Shown here: positions 11,276 to 24,070 of the stretch, in pieces
Position numbering within the stretch: the first letter of the stretch is position 1
How the letters are laid out: each line of letters opens with the position of its first letter
Origin: Carcharhinus amblyrhynchos
Lineage: Eukaryota
Assembly (NCBI GenBank): GCA_965287045.1
Contig: OZ336880.1
Coordinates: forward strand, 42,966,001 to 43,030,000
DNA: 64,000 nucleotides
Direction: 5' to 3'
Made by a program: the position numbers and the translations under genes
The notes under the pieces: generated by a model
Databases searched by the model: none
The model's input: only the letters and a program-made list of their open reading frames with translations
What the model was told of the DNA's origin: nothing

Positions 11276-13974
11276 CGGAAACAGCTTTTTTTTCGGGAAC
11301 CGCCTCCATCCCACTTCAACTCACATCTGAAATGCCCAAGTACACGTCCGTGTGCACCTTCATCATATTCAATGCCTCTTTAGTCCGACGCAAACTCGCT
11401 GAAGTCAACAGGATGCATGCACAATTCAGAAAAACATCTTCCAATTTAATAAATTGGACACGCTGATTAAACAGATCTCTGAGTATTTCACATGCCTTAA
11501 ACGGATTAACGCTTTATTGACCCCATGACTTTTTAAAAATAAGTAAGCTTTGAATATCCGAAATGTTCAAACGTTCTCGTGAATCTATCAAATCAATATC
11601 AGTTATTCCTGTAAATTTCATTGCTAAAATTGGTAGTATGGTTTATCCGATCATGCATTATTTTAACTGGTGTCATCCATCTGCGTGGAATAAAAATAAA
11701 GCGTTCATTTAAAATACCACAGACGTTTTATACTTTAACCCGTTATTTTTAGCTATTTATTAACGGGTAGGTAATATCAATCGCTGTGCGAAGGTCATCT
11801 GTGTTTAAACCAGCCATGTTTTTATTGTCTTAGTTTGATTATTTTTGTTTAAAATAAACAACGAATATGACGGTAAGCAATGACAATGTTTCAAAACTAA
11901 ACACGTGAACATTACTGCAAATTATCTATAGATTTTAGAAAATGTATTCTGCGCCTAACTAGTTAAGGTATATTTTACCATTCGAATAATCAACTAACGC
12001 ACCAAATATAGCGCGATTAAACTCATTCGACTTTTCCAAGTGAACAAAGCCCCACATCAGCATAGCGTCCAATGTGATATAAACAATGGGCATCTTTCTT
12101 AATTCTCGCCGTTGAATTCAATTACCTAAGACAGTTTTGATTTTTAGAAAATCAGCAAGTTGATTATATTAAAATGTGCATTCACTTATTAGGCGGAAAG
12201 GAAAATGGGCCGGTTCTTGGTGCGGCCACAATTGAGTTCAAAAATATTGCACAGTCCTTTTGTGTTTGACAATGTGCGGCTTCAAGTAAAAATGTTGAGG
12301 TTAAATTCTGCTGTGAGTTTGTGTTTACAATACTCGCGTTTCGATAATAGCCAGCAAATTGGCGGTGGCCTCCCTTAACATTAGACTGCAACGTTTTATA
12401 TTTCCCAAGAACGTTGCCCGTTATGAGAGAACGGCGAATCCTCATTTTATCCTTAGAGAATGAAAATGTTGAACTCAGATTGTGGAGTAAATGCCAACAC
12501 TTGCAACGCTAGTGTCCCAGCCAAAATAACACACTTCTCTTTTGCATCGGCTCCTCTTTTCGAATTATTAGCAACTTATTTTAGGCTGATTTTTTTTCTT
12601 AATGCATCACGTTTCTCAGTAATAAAAACATTAAGGCGGCTGGTACTGATTTAACAATTTAACAATAACAATAATATCAAAATATATCGATAGCAGACCA
12701 AATTAAATAAAGAAGTAAATATATTGCGTCTACCTTGTTGAACTATGTAACTAATTCTGGGGACAAATATGACTTTAGATAATTCAATCTGAGACGCCGT
12801 TCCTAAGGTAAAACACAATTTTATTTCTAACATTGTATCAACTACAGAAATGTGATATTTTAAATATTTTTATTTCCACAACTAATTATTCTTGGTCTGT
12901 AAGTTAAGAAATGACTTTTTTCCCGCTAATGTATATATTTATCTATTTACAATTTGACACGAATTGACCCTTTCTGTTAAAATCATGTGCTTTAAAATCA
13001 AAGCAACACCGCCACCACATCCTCACCGGAAAGGAAAACCACCGGTCGATCTTTGTCCTTTTTATGATCTCACGATGCCCTAAAAATGCCGAACCAGTTT
13101 CTTTAGTAAAACTTCAAAATCCAAGCGTAATTGCGAACAAGGGGCTCTTAACCGAAGGCGCGTCTACACCTAACACTTAATGCAAAAAAAACCCCTCGGA
13201 ATAACTCCAGAAAAATGAAACTCCTCAGTTCAAGGTCAATGTCGAATGGGGATCAAATCGCCATGTTGTTTCAAAGATATGTTGTTAAACTTCGTTTTAG
13301 TGCAAAATGTGCTTTCAAATGAAAAATCACCTCAGGTAGAAACTGAGCACCCTACCAGGAAAAAAAATGAGGTTTTCATTAGAACTATTGTAACCAAGGA
13401 AGCGACTGGGAAGAAGAATCCACACTTTCCAGCTACCAGGACAAACACTGCTTTATTGTTCGTGATGTTTTCTCAAAGCTCTCATTCCAAAACCATCGTC
13501 ATTTCAATACAGTTTGTGAGTATCTGTGGTAACTGAGATAAGAATATGCTGAAGAAAACCACAATCGCACAATTTCTGTGTTATGTATTTCACAGAAACT
13601 AGGAGCAAGGCTAATTCACCTACATTCTTTTGTTTACAATATAACATCAATGCCGGGCTGGTGCTTTGTCATCCGGGATGTGAACGCCAAACTGGCCAAC
13701 ATGTAAAAAATACAACTTGTTGCGCAAGGTCGGGAAGGTACACTAAATTTAATGGATGCAAAATGTTAAACCCCAGATAATTAACAAAATTGAACACCCG
13801 GTATTTGCAAACTTTACGTAGCTGGAGTTGAAATACTTACTTTCAGCGCGCTTTTCTTGAAAAACACGCAATGCTGCAACCTAAGTCGCTAATGCAGCCT
13901 TTCAATTAAGATCTTGAAAGAAACAAATGTTGGCCTAATTAGTACTTCTGACACTGGTTTGCAGCGTAAAGTAC

Positions 13975-14062
13975 GAACGACCATCTTGTGGCCCGCGTTT
14001 CAGTGGCACTAACGATTATGTTGCATCGTGTTTTACGGCGGATTGTCCAGTAGATGGCGAAC
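13975..14062. promoter_or_regulatory. Two candidate CTCF sites in divergent orientation between HoxD12 and HoxD13
   Basis: Plus strand TGTCCAGTAGATGGCGAAC (14044-14062) matches the core CCASYAGRKGGCR. Minus strand GGCCACAAGATGGTCG (~13992-13977) is a weaker match. Confidence 0.55.
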
Positions 14063-16708
14063 TGGCTCTGCGATCAGGGTAGTCCTTATTATTCATGATG
14101 CTAAATAAAGTCAAGGTCAAAGACCATAACGATAGTCAAGGTCAATGGTAAATAGAAATTTGACGTCAGATCGCTGAACATCCTTCAAAAAATGCATCTT
14201 GAAATCACGGAATTCCGCCAAATTCAAGGAGAGAAAATCAGGCAATCTGCATGCACATGTTAAATATGACAGAATACGAAGTTTTATTTAACTTAATAAA
14301 CCACGAGGCGTTTCAATTTCCTTCTGAAGTTGACGAAGAGAACCTATCCCGATGCACAGGAATATGGTTAGAAAGTGTTAGCAGATGGTAAATATAGATG
14401 CTGGGGTCAGGAGAATTATCACCTACTAAGGTCACGCTCATATAAATGCCGCCAATCGCACTTAGCTTAATTCTAAACTTCATCACTTAATATTTCTATT
14501 TTAAACAGGGAGGCTGATGGCTCTCCTCACTTGCTTATCCCGACATCAATTTTCCTTCAAAAGGCTACATTCACTCTCTTACGAATGTATTATTCACATC
14601 GTCATGTTTTGCTTTAATTTACACAGCGAGGCCGACAGGCATGATATAACCGGTGTTAAAACATCTGCGCCGAGATTACAAGGCTGCTCACTAAATGATT
14701 AATTTTAAACTTAAGATTTAAAATAAGCATTAGTTCAATTAGTTACACGTTCAATTGCGTTTAAGAATCAAATAATATGTTTGAAATCACACATTTTGCC
14801 GTAACTCTCCTCAAAGTTGTTAGCTCGGATAACTAACTGCCACACGGTTTATTTACCTAATAATCCTTCATGGGAAACCTTACAAATTATTGGGACTGTT
14901 ATCTGAAATGAGTACAACCCCCATCTTGAATTAACCGCTACATAGGCAATGAGCTAATGGCGTGCGATCTGGTATTTTCTTTAGCCACCAGATTCTAGTG
15001 GCTAAGACCATATTTAAAATGGAACTCGCCGCACGATCCATTTTCTGCTTTCAATTTGGCCCTACTCGTAAGTTGTTTCAAAGCGCAACAAGCAGGAAAC
15101 AGCACATGTTTCAAATATTTTAATTTTATATTTACAAGATACGCAGCAAGTGAATACTGGGGAAAAAAGTCAACATGAGGTATTATTATTATAAAGTGGT
15201 GAATTTCAACACACTTATGTTCAGCTCTTATGTTTTGTTAATGCAGTAATCCCTATTTATGCTTAAGTCGTTTAGAAGTTTGTGTCCCCCAATCCCCGCC
15301 AAAATGCCGCTGTACAATGTAACTTGGTGACTTATGAAGATGTGTAAATGCGAGAATGCGAATATTGCTGAATTTGATATAAATATGGCGATGTGACAAA
15401 ACCAAAGACGTTGGATTCATTTACAGGAAAGATAAAACTTGAAGACAATCAAAGTGTGATTTGTTTTAATATTGTACACGGCATAATCAAAGAAAACCAT
15501 GCGAGTTCATATTTAACTCATCTTGGGTAAAGAAAATGATGGACAAAATGAACAAATGCTTGCGTTAAAAATGTACATAAAACATAGAAATAACGCCGAA
15601 CGTATCCGCTAATTTACTCGTATAGTTATCATGATTACAATAATGAAGTAATTTAACTATAGAGCGCAACAAGTTACTAATTAGAAAACAGCTGTAAAAG
15701 GCACCGCATTCAAAACGACCAAGGGGCTTTCAAATATATTAGCGTTTCTTTTGAAAATAAGAGTTAAAGGGACAAAAGATTCAAAATTCAGAAACATAGA
15801 TTTTCATACTTTAACGCATAACTTTTAAGGACATTTTAGATTCGACGAGCATTTCACTTGAGACTGAATTTAAGTTTAATGTTTACATTTACTGAGGACA
15901 ACATAGAACATTCTGCAGTGAATAAAAGGAAGGTCCTTTCAGTATCTAGGCTAAATAATTTATTATGAAAATGATTGTAAATTCGCTGCCGATTAATATG
16001 ATAGAACATCTTATGAGATTGTACCGCAGTTGATCCGTAACTATCCCACTTATATTTAATTTCTAACTGGCACTGATTTAAAATGGTATTTTTGCAATAT
16101 ATTTTCAATCATTTACAAGAGAATGGATTTTGTTGCTAGTATATATGATTAGCATTTGAACCCACTCGCAATGTAGCCATTGTACCTCTTGCAAAGTATG
16201 GCTGAAAACTTATATGTTAAATAAGGATGGCTTTGCATTAAGAAAATTATAAATACGTTCCATTTAATGTCAACGTTTGTGTTTGAACGTGTTATCAGTT
16301 GTAGTCGCCATTTTATCTGTATATTGCAAACCCTCCAGTAGCTCAACTGAACCCTCGAAACATTTACTTAAAACTGAACGAAGCATTACTCTGCAGCAGT
16401 ATTTGTAATGTCACTCGTGAAAATAATCCAGCACGGTAACATAATACAAGGGTGTGAACGTGGAGCTGTTCACCCTTTTAAGATTGCCTTGTTTCTTTGA
16501 AGGTGGTAAATGAAGTCAGATCAAGTATCTTTTTTTAAGCACAGATTCGCACAAAACATTTTGTGGAAATTGTCAGTTTAAGATTTTTTTTGTAAATCCG
16601 AAGATGTGTCTTCAACGCCTCCCACATTCATTTGGTTCCCTTTGCTAACAGGAAAACCATCACATGTAATTTACAATGGGCCAATACTGGCTACTGAGCT
16701 CTGCCGTA

Positions 16709-16959
16709 TCAAGGTATATTTTCTTTGACTTTGGAAACCACTTTCTTCTCTTTGACTCTCCTGTTCTGAAACCAGATGGTAACTTGTCTCTCGGTCAGGT
16801 TGGTGGCTGTTGATATCCTGCGTCGTTTTTCCTTGGTTATGAATTTGTTTGTGGCGTACTCTCGCTCCAGTTCCTTGAGCTGGGTTTTCGTGTAAGGGAC
16901 CCTTTTTTTCCTCCCTCGCCTGTAAATGTTTATATCAGTCTGATTGTGCATCATGTCTC
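16709..16959 (-). CDS. HOXD13: HoxD13 exon 2 (homeodomain)
   Basis: [70 protein letters not shown], a PG13 homeodomain. Acceptor ttccctctcAG|GA is phase 1. Confidence 0.96.
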
Positions 16960-17302
16960 CTGAGAGGGAAAATACAAGTTAGAAAAACATTTAACTTCAA
17001 AGCAGTAGCACTTCAAAGAATGTTATATAAAAAAAGAATATTTCTATCCCAAATTTTTGAGTTTTGAAACGTACTTTGAGTAACTCAGAGATATTTAGTC
17101 ATATGACCAATCCCATATCCCAGCGCATTAATTCACACATATGGTTATTCTGTGTTCCAGGTGTTACTAGTCCAAAACACATTAATTGTTAAAAACTAGC
17201 GAATTCCTGGCAATATTAAAAACCAAACCAATTGGAATTATGTTATTTGCTTTGAATTTAAAATAATTGTAATTTTTATCAGTGAAACTTATTTCATAAT
17301 AC

Positions 17303-17990
17303 CTGAGAGAGGAGATTTCCAAAAATGTGGAGTCTGTGTCTGATCTTTAGGACAATACACTTGACCGTTCCAGCCATTAGCAAATGACCAGGGCTGATAG
17401 CCCTCCATGGAAATTAAGGCTTCATGCCTTGGCTCTCCGTGGCCGCTTATTGTGGGGACAACTGGAACGTCCAAATAACCAGAGACCCGTTGGTATGGAT
17501 TGGGGTAGCTCTGATAAAATGCAAATTCTTTTGCCCTGGATGACACCTCGTCAGTGGGGACAGGGGTATTAGTCAAACCCGAAACGTCCATGTATTTGTC
17601 CACTGGATAACCGGCTAGAGATGCATGCGCACCAGATTTCAGTCCAGTTTGCTGAATGCCAACATTACGACAACTGTAATAGCTGCTTCCAAAATGATAG
17701 CCGTAACTGATCGCTGGGTTTGGAGGGCTTGTCGGAGCTGGGCATGGGCTGCATTGCTTAGCAGATTCAGAAATGACAGAATGCGTTCGATCTCCGACTG
17801 AATAAGCGGGACCCGAAGATAACGAGTTGTGATGAGCTCCAAATGCAGAGGGAGACAAAAAATTCCTGCATTGATTTGAAGGGACGTTCCCTCCCAGTCC
17901 TTCCATGTCCGAGTTAGCTGTGTTGTTTCTGTTGTGTAGGTACCTGATTGTATCAGTCCTCCAAGGGGCTGAAAGAAAAGAAGCTGTCAT
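17303..17990 (-). CDS. HOXD13: HoxD13 exon 1 (start at 17990 or in-frame ATG at 17906)
   Basis: Contains [36 protein letters not shown] and [17 protein letters not shown] (PG13 motifs). Donor TCA G|GTATTA at 17303 is phase 1. The start codon is ambiguous. Confidence 0.9.
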
Positions 17991-18019
17991 ATCACGACCC
18001 ACTGCAAACTAAGTACTGC

Positions 18020-18125
18020 TTTATAGAAGCAGCCCCGGGAGTGAGAAGAGGTGCTTATTTTCACTGATTAGAGTGTGCACTGGCCGAGTGAAACCTGATA
18101 GGTCGATTCTGCCCACGTGACACAC
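18020..18125 (-). promoter_or_regulatory. HoxD13 core promoter (TATA box and E-box)
   Basis: TATAAA on the minus strand at 18025-18020; CACGTG E-box at ~18114-18119. Confidence 0.5.
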
Positions 18126-21100
18126 AGCAACTGGAGCTGGCTTCAGCAGTTATTGCAATCTCTTCCCGATGTTAAAACCATTTAATTTTTCCTGAATTAA
18201 TTCACTGTAATTGACTACTTGATCTGTTGTGCATTGGAAAGAGAAAACGTGAAGGTGCTTTCTAAGGTTCCATTCTTACGGTGTTCGCTGAGATTTATTA
18301 TTGATACCTTGCATGATGTACACTTTGCAGGATCTGCAAATTATACGTACAGCATACATGAGATATTCTTTGAGTCGATTTTCTATTCGGCATGCTTTCT
18401 ATTTCAAACAAAGTTTGGGATACCTTTTGCGAAATAACAATCTCAAACTGGCACTGAATCATATCTTTTTATCAATGCACAGTGGTGACAATTATTTGCA
18501 TTTTCGGCTATGATAACGAAGACACTCGGCAATGACCTGCTTAGCATCAACATGTGTTATTCAAGATAGTCTATAAATTTTCCAGATATAAATCCATGCT
18601 GTATGCATGATTCTGCATACAAATGTGAAATGGATTGCAAAAATCGTCCATTTTTTTCTCACCAACTCTAAGACGCTCCCATAGCATTCATTTCCGCTCA
18701 AATCCTACATATACTAAATCTTCAAAAACTCGAGGGGAAATTAATCGGGTCGATATTTACTTTTCGCTCCTTTATTCGATCTGTAAAAAAATTACTTCCC
18801 TTAAATTCGGCTTCCTTAAGTCGGAGGTATGGAGATTGCGAATGTCTGATATTTAATTTTGATGTACATGCGATATCCTCTATTTTGCATTATCCCATCG
18901 CCCTTTTGCACCACGTCATTTTCACATTTTGGGATTAGTTTGTATTTTACATCCAATTCGCCAAATGACTCCAAATGGTCAACTATCGAAACATATTTGT
19001 AGCAAAAAAATAAAGATATGATATCGGGGGAGGCCGCGGTCTCTCAGCTAAGGAAGCGCCGCATTTTTTTTTTCTGCAGGCCTTGTTTTGGTTGTCTGAA
19101 ATCTGTAAATGTGAACTTTGTGGGAAAGTTCCCGTGTATGATTGAATTCTCCCCATTGATATCAAAAACCGTAGGAGATGAACATAAATATTCAGCAATA
19201 TAACTGTGCTACTGGAACTAGGACTTGTTCTGATTCCATTGTAACAATAAGATGAGATGTAGAAAAATATTTACATTTTCCACCAAAACGCATTTCCAAT
19301 ACATACATTCCCAAAGTTGCGAAATCACGTTTTTGACACAATTCAAATGATACTTTTGCAGCCTACCTTAGGATAAACGGCTCATTATGTGCGGCATAAA
19401 TATTGCCTTGTGTGTGTGATTAATTAAAAACGAAGAAATCCCATTCTCGGAAGGTATTTGATGAAATTATGTATTGCAGATATTATGTATTAGATATTAT
19501 AACAAAAGTCTCAGGGACATTTTACAAATGTTGAACGGAAAATAGGAAGAATTTGGCTAACTGTGACTTGGCTTTCAATAGGTAATGTTACGGAAAACTG
19601 AGCGTTCATCTTACTCGTCCATTGCACATAGTTCCACATTTTCCTCCAGCCTGCAGAGCGGGTCATTTCCATGACGAAGTGAACATTTCAAATAAAAGAT
19701 CAGAATGCTTCGACAAAGAGTAATTGAAAAACTCCAAACAATTAGTCAACGGGATTCTGGGCACCAGCAAAATAAGAATTACGGCATTTTCAAAGGAAGC
19801 TTTTTAAAATCTTGTCTTAATTCTTCCCCTCAGCCCCCTAATATCATAGAGGGGACATGTGCCGTTATTTCACAGAGAAAGCAGATTCTATCTACAAGCG
19901 TCCGTGAGGTGGAGAAATTAATGAGCCCATTTCTTTGCCCTTAATTACATTCATCCACTCCTGCGAATCCATTGCTTCATTTTCTTTGAAAAGATATTCT
20001 GCACTGACTTGATGCGCTTCGTTTATATTTAGTGAAATCGTTCCCACAGCCTTTAAAAAAAGACGAAGAAAAAGAATTTGCAATCAGCAAAGTCAATGCT
20101 GATACTTCCTATTTGAGTATCTAATTTGAATAGGTGCAGCGTCTTTATTTAAGAGCATGCGGGTCGTGTCTTTCGTCAGAAAACGAAAACAAATAGCAAG
20201 TGGCGGTTCCCATTTTCAGTGAGAGAAAGAAGAAACGTGCCAGCGACTTATTTCGGATGGCTACTTTTATTTAGAATTCCGGCCAAAGCGCAGGATCGGA
20301 TTTAAAAGTATGTCGCTGTCTCAAGTTGGTCGCATCAATGGCATTGTAGACAAAGGGGTTCTTGCCGGAAGTAGATGAAGTCCAAGGTCAAGGTGGAGAG
20401 AGAGGGAGGGGGCGAGGGAGAGGAGAAGAAGGATGGTAAACAGCGGTTTAAAGAACTCAACAGCTCCGTTGGATTTATGTGAACATTTCAAAAGATTGAA
20501 GTTAGCTGTGAATTATAACATAGCTTTGCAAAATTGTGTGCTCTTGCTAAACCATGTCAGGTTAGTAATACCTGTGGTGCCATATAAAGTTAAACACTAA
20601 TTTACGTATAGGAATGTGTGTTAACTTTCGATTCAGAACCATTTGGTAAATAAGGCACGAGAAAATGGAACACGATTCAACAGGAGGCTAATGGCGAAGG
20701 CCCGCTACCAATTTTCGACCCAAGCTAGGGATGGGCAGTAGATGTGACCTTGCCGTCTTCGCTTGTATCCCAGAACAAAACAGAAGGAGGGAGCCAGTTG
20801 TTGTAAATATTAACAATCCCGCATGTTGTCGACAAAGGGTGACAGTAAATGTTGCTGTTTGAATGTTGCTTATTCTCAATGTTATTTACTATAATGCTGA
20901 TTTCATTCATTTCACAGAATTGCAACTTCAAGACATTTCCATTTTTAAAGCATTTATTGGAACGTTATGTTGCTTCCGAGCGATCCTCTACCACCCCCAT
21001 CCCGCCCCCCATTCCCGGCGAAGTTCAACATCAACTTTCCACTGTCGCTTTGTGAATTCTGTGGACAGCCGTGACTGGGGAATCTTCCTCCGAAATATAA

Positions 21101-23439
21101 AACGTCCTTTATTCTTCTTTGATCATTAAAATTGATATTCTTTCCCTTGTTGCGATTTACTTGACCTATTCCAAACGGTACTTGCGTTATTGAAAATAGC
21201 ATTTATTGTTTAATATATTTGTAAGGTGTTATTTTGAATGATCTTTGGCTTATCAAGCCATTTGTTACGATAACAAAAAATAAAATTTCTGGTTTAAAAT
21301 CGAAACTGATTATATGGATAATTCTTTTTTATACCTTGCCATTTTAAAAATAATTGTCAACCATCGCTATGAATTATTAGTGACTATTTTCTTTTACACA
21401 ACCTGTTACATATTTTTCTAATTATAACTATTATAAAACAAGCTTTTCTAAATCCTAACCACTGTTGGATTATTTGCACCCTGAATTCGTGGAGCAGGGG
21501 ACCACACAATATAGTCCGTGCAAAATTACTCCCTGAAACTTGAGCTGCAAGCATGTTAAATTTGGAATTCATAATGCGGAAGTATGTACTTAAAGGGATT
21601 TTCTTTAAAATTAGTTAACGATAATAGATAGTTTTAAAAAGTTGATAATTTATATATTCAGCGAGCAATATTTATTAACGTGAGACAGACTATGTTATAG
21701 GTCATATGAGTCCCGTTTGAAAGCACAATATCGTAAACATGTCTTTTTAGTCAAACATAATGGTTGATATTAATACATGAATGAAACCAGATTACACGCC
21801 ACAAAATGTTCACAATATTTTTTCTTCCCAACTGGAAAATAAGTATGATATGTCCCTAGCTGTCACAATTCCATCCATATTACTTACCATACGTTTTTGA
21901 AATTAAATCGTAAACAGTTGCTAAAACTAGATCTAAATTTGCTTGAGATGTTTCAGACATACAGAAAAATTATCCTTGCAGTTAAAATGCATCTATATAA
22001 AATGGGTTTAGTCTGTCACCAGTAATTAGGGTGACGAAATATATTTTTAATCTGACACTGCTCGCAACCAATTAATCATTTGATGTTGTGAAAGTCTCCT
22101 CCCTCGCCTTTTGCACGTATGTTTCAGTTGAACCTACAAAAATAATTTATTGCATTATAAATACATTGCAGCAAACGGTCATCACACGGTCTAGGCATCT
22201 TAGAGTGAACTCATTATAAATATTTCAACAGTTTTGAAGTTCTGCGTACCTGAAGACAATATGATCATATTTAGAAATAATGTATTTGCTTCATTCAAAA
22301 GCAGTTGTTATGTGTTATTGAAATAGTGTCATGTTCCTTTGAGCGATAAATATAACTGAATGCGTCTTATTGTTTGCTGGGTTGACAGTACACGGAGCAA
22401 CAAGTTTGTGTAAAACTTTGTCAGATAAAAACTATTGCATTTTGAAAGAAAATGGTAGTTTCTGAAGCCAGATCTTCTGTAAGTGTACCACAGAATCTAT
22501 ATGGGGGCTGATAGACGTTCATTTTCCCTTGGACTATATATTCTATACGAAATGACTTTAACTGTAGCAGCCCAAACCGGCACCCAAAATGAATTTCACT
22601 GGCAAGGCACAGAATCTATCAATGAGCGGGAAAACAGTATGATGATAGGGTGTCTGGAATTCAAATACAGACCCAATGACACAATCTATGCCTCTGCCAG
22701 CGAATTAGAGTGGCATTGACGTAAACGTGCTTCCACAGTACATTCAAAAGAATTTCAGAATTTTTTAAAGCAGGAATCCCAGTCTGGACAGTGATGTTAA
22801 AGGAAGTGTTGAAGATATACTCACCCCAGTGTCTTGTTTTACTCTAGATTGATATAGAAAATAAATCAATTCGACAGCTTGGTTTATAAAGTTTACCAGC
22901 GCCAATTTCAGTTGTTCGGACCGCATGCCATTCTCGTGCTCCTGACTATTTATACATTTCTCTGATGCACAAACAAATTGAACAATATGTTATAGACTCG
23001 TGTGTCTGTTAAATCTTTCACTGCTGAAATTGCTATTTCCCCACGATTTGCAATGGTCTTGAATACAATTTGACGCAATTCACTTCTCAACAAGTCTATG
23101 ACACAGCAAAAGTCGACAACAAGTGAAACGTTATTGAAGGGCAGTTGAAAAAAAAACGAACAGGGGGTGGAGACCTAACTAAACCCTGGTTTTAAAGTGA
23201 CAAATTTTAAATTCCCTTTTCCTCATTTGGAAACAAAAGATGTAAACCTGTCACGCTGCAGTTATCATTTCCCACCAATGATGGCGCTACCTGTCTACCC
23301 AGCGGGAGGCTCTGATTCCAAGTTGGTAAGTTTGCATTGGCAGTTTCTATTATAAAGGTAGACACAAGGGTTGCAATGGGAACGTTGAAAGGAAGCAAAC
23401 ATAGTCGTAAGATTTTGAATCTGCAGCCATTAACTGTTA

Positions 23440-23780
23440 TTCCGCCAGTGTTTGTCTGTAAGGAGATTTAGACAGCAATTATTATGTATTTTCCCCATGG
23501 CAGAATTGTCTTAAGACCAAAGGGCAAAGGTTTAACCTGAGGAGTAGGTACTTTCAGGGGATCTGAAGGAGAAACAATCATCGAGAGGGCGATGGAAATA
23601 TGGAACACTCTGCCTGGGAGAGTGGTGGAGAAAGTACTCTCGCAACATGTAAGTTGCATCTGGAGGAGCACTTAAATTGCAAGTGCTGGTAAATGGGATT
23701 AGTATAGATTGGCATTTGATGGTCGGTATGTAAATGGTCGGCCGAAGAGTCTGTTTCTCTGCTGTAAGACTCTATGGTTA
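23440..23780 (+). mobile_element. CR1-type LINE 3' end remnant inside the Hox cluster
   Basis: Degraded ORF2 C-terminus and 3' UTR: ...tggaacactctgcctgggagagtggtggag...aagtgctggtaaatgggattag...ggccgaagagtctgtttctctgctgtaagactctatg. Same layout as the CR1 tail near 50080-50280. Confidence 0.75.
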
Positions 23781-23869
23781 TTATGCTGATTATATTCCAT
23801 AGCTACTTGAAGAATATAAGGCTTAAAGATTTCTGTTTCATTGCGGGTTCTACAAAGGATTATAATGAG

Positions 23870-24070
23870 GTAGACATTAAATAAGAAAGCCATGGCTCTG
23901 TTTGAACAAAGCAAGTCATTCTCTTGCTGTTGTGGCATTGTTCAACCAATATCACCGAATGCAGGTTAGCTAGTCATTCATTCGTCTGCCGCTTGTAGGA
24001 CATTGCTTCTCCCAAATTAGCTGAAATTTCCCTGGATAAAAATAATTCTATTTCAAACCATTTTTCATTT
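23870..24070 (+). mobile_element. Highly degraded DeuSINE-like (SacSINE1/AmnSINE1-type) fragment
   Basis: ccatggctctgtttgaacaaagca...tcaaccaatatcac...gtcatt...caaattagctg...ttcaaa resembles the Deu-domain core and the better-preserved copy at 43625-43850. Confidence 0.45.

Noticed and set aside
11738-11768. 8-bp inverted repeat ACCCGTTA/TAACGGGT (a similar one lies at ~18600-18621)
   Set aside because: Arms this short are expected by chance in 64 kb.
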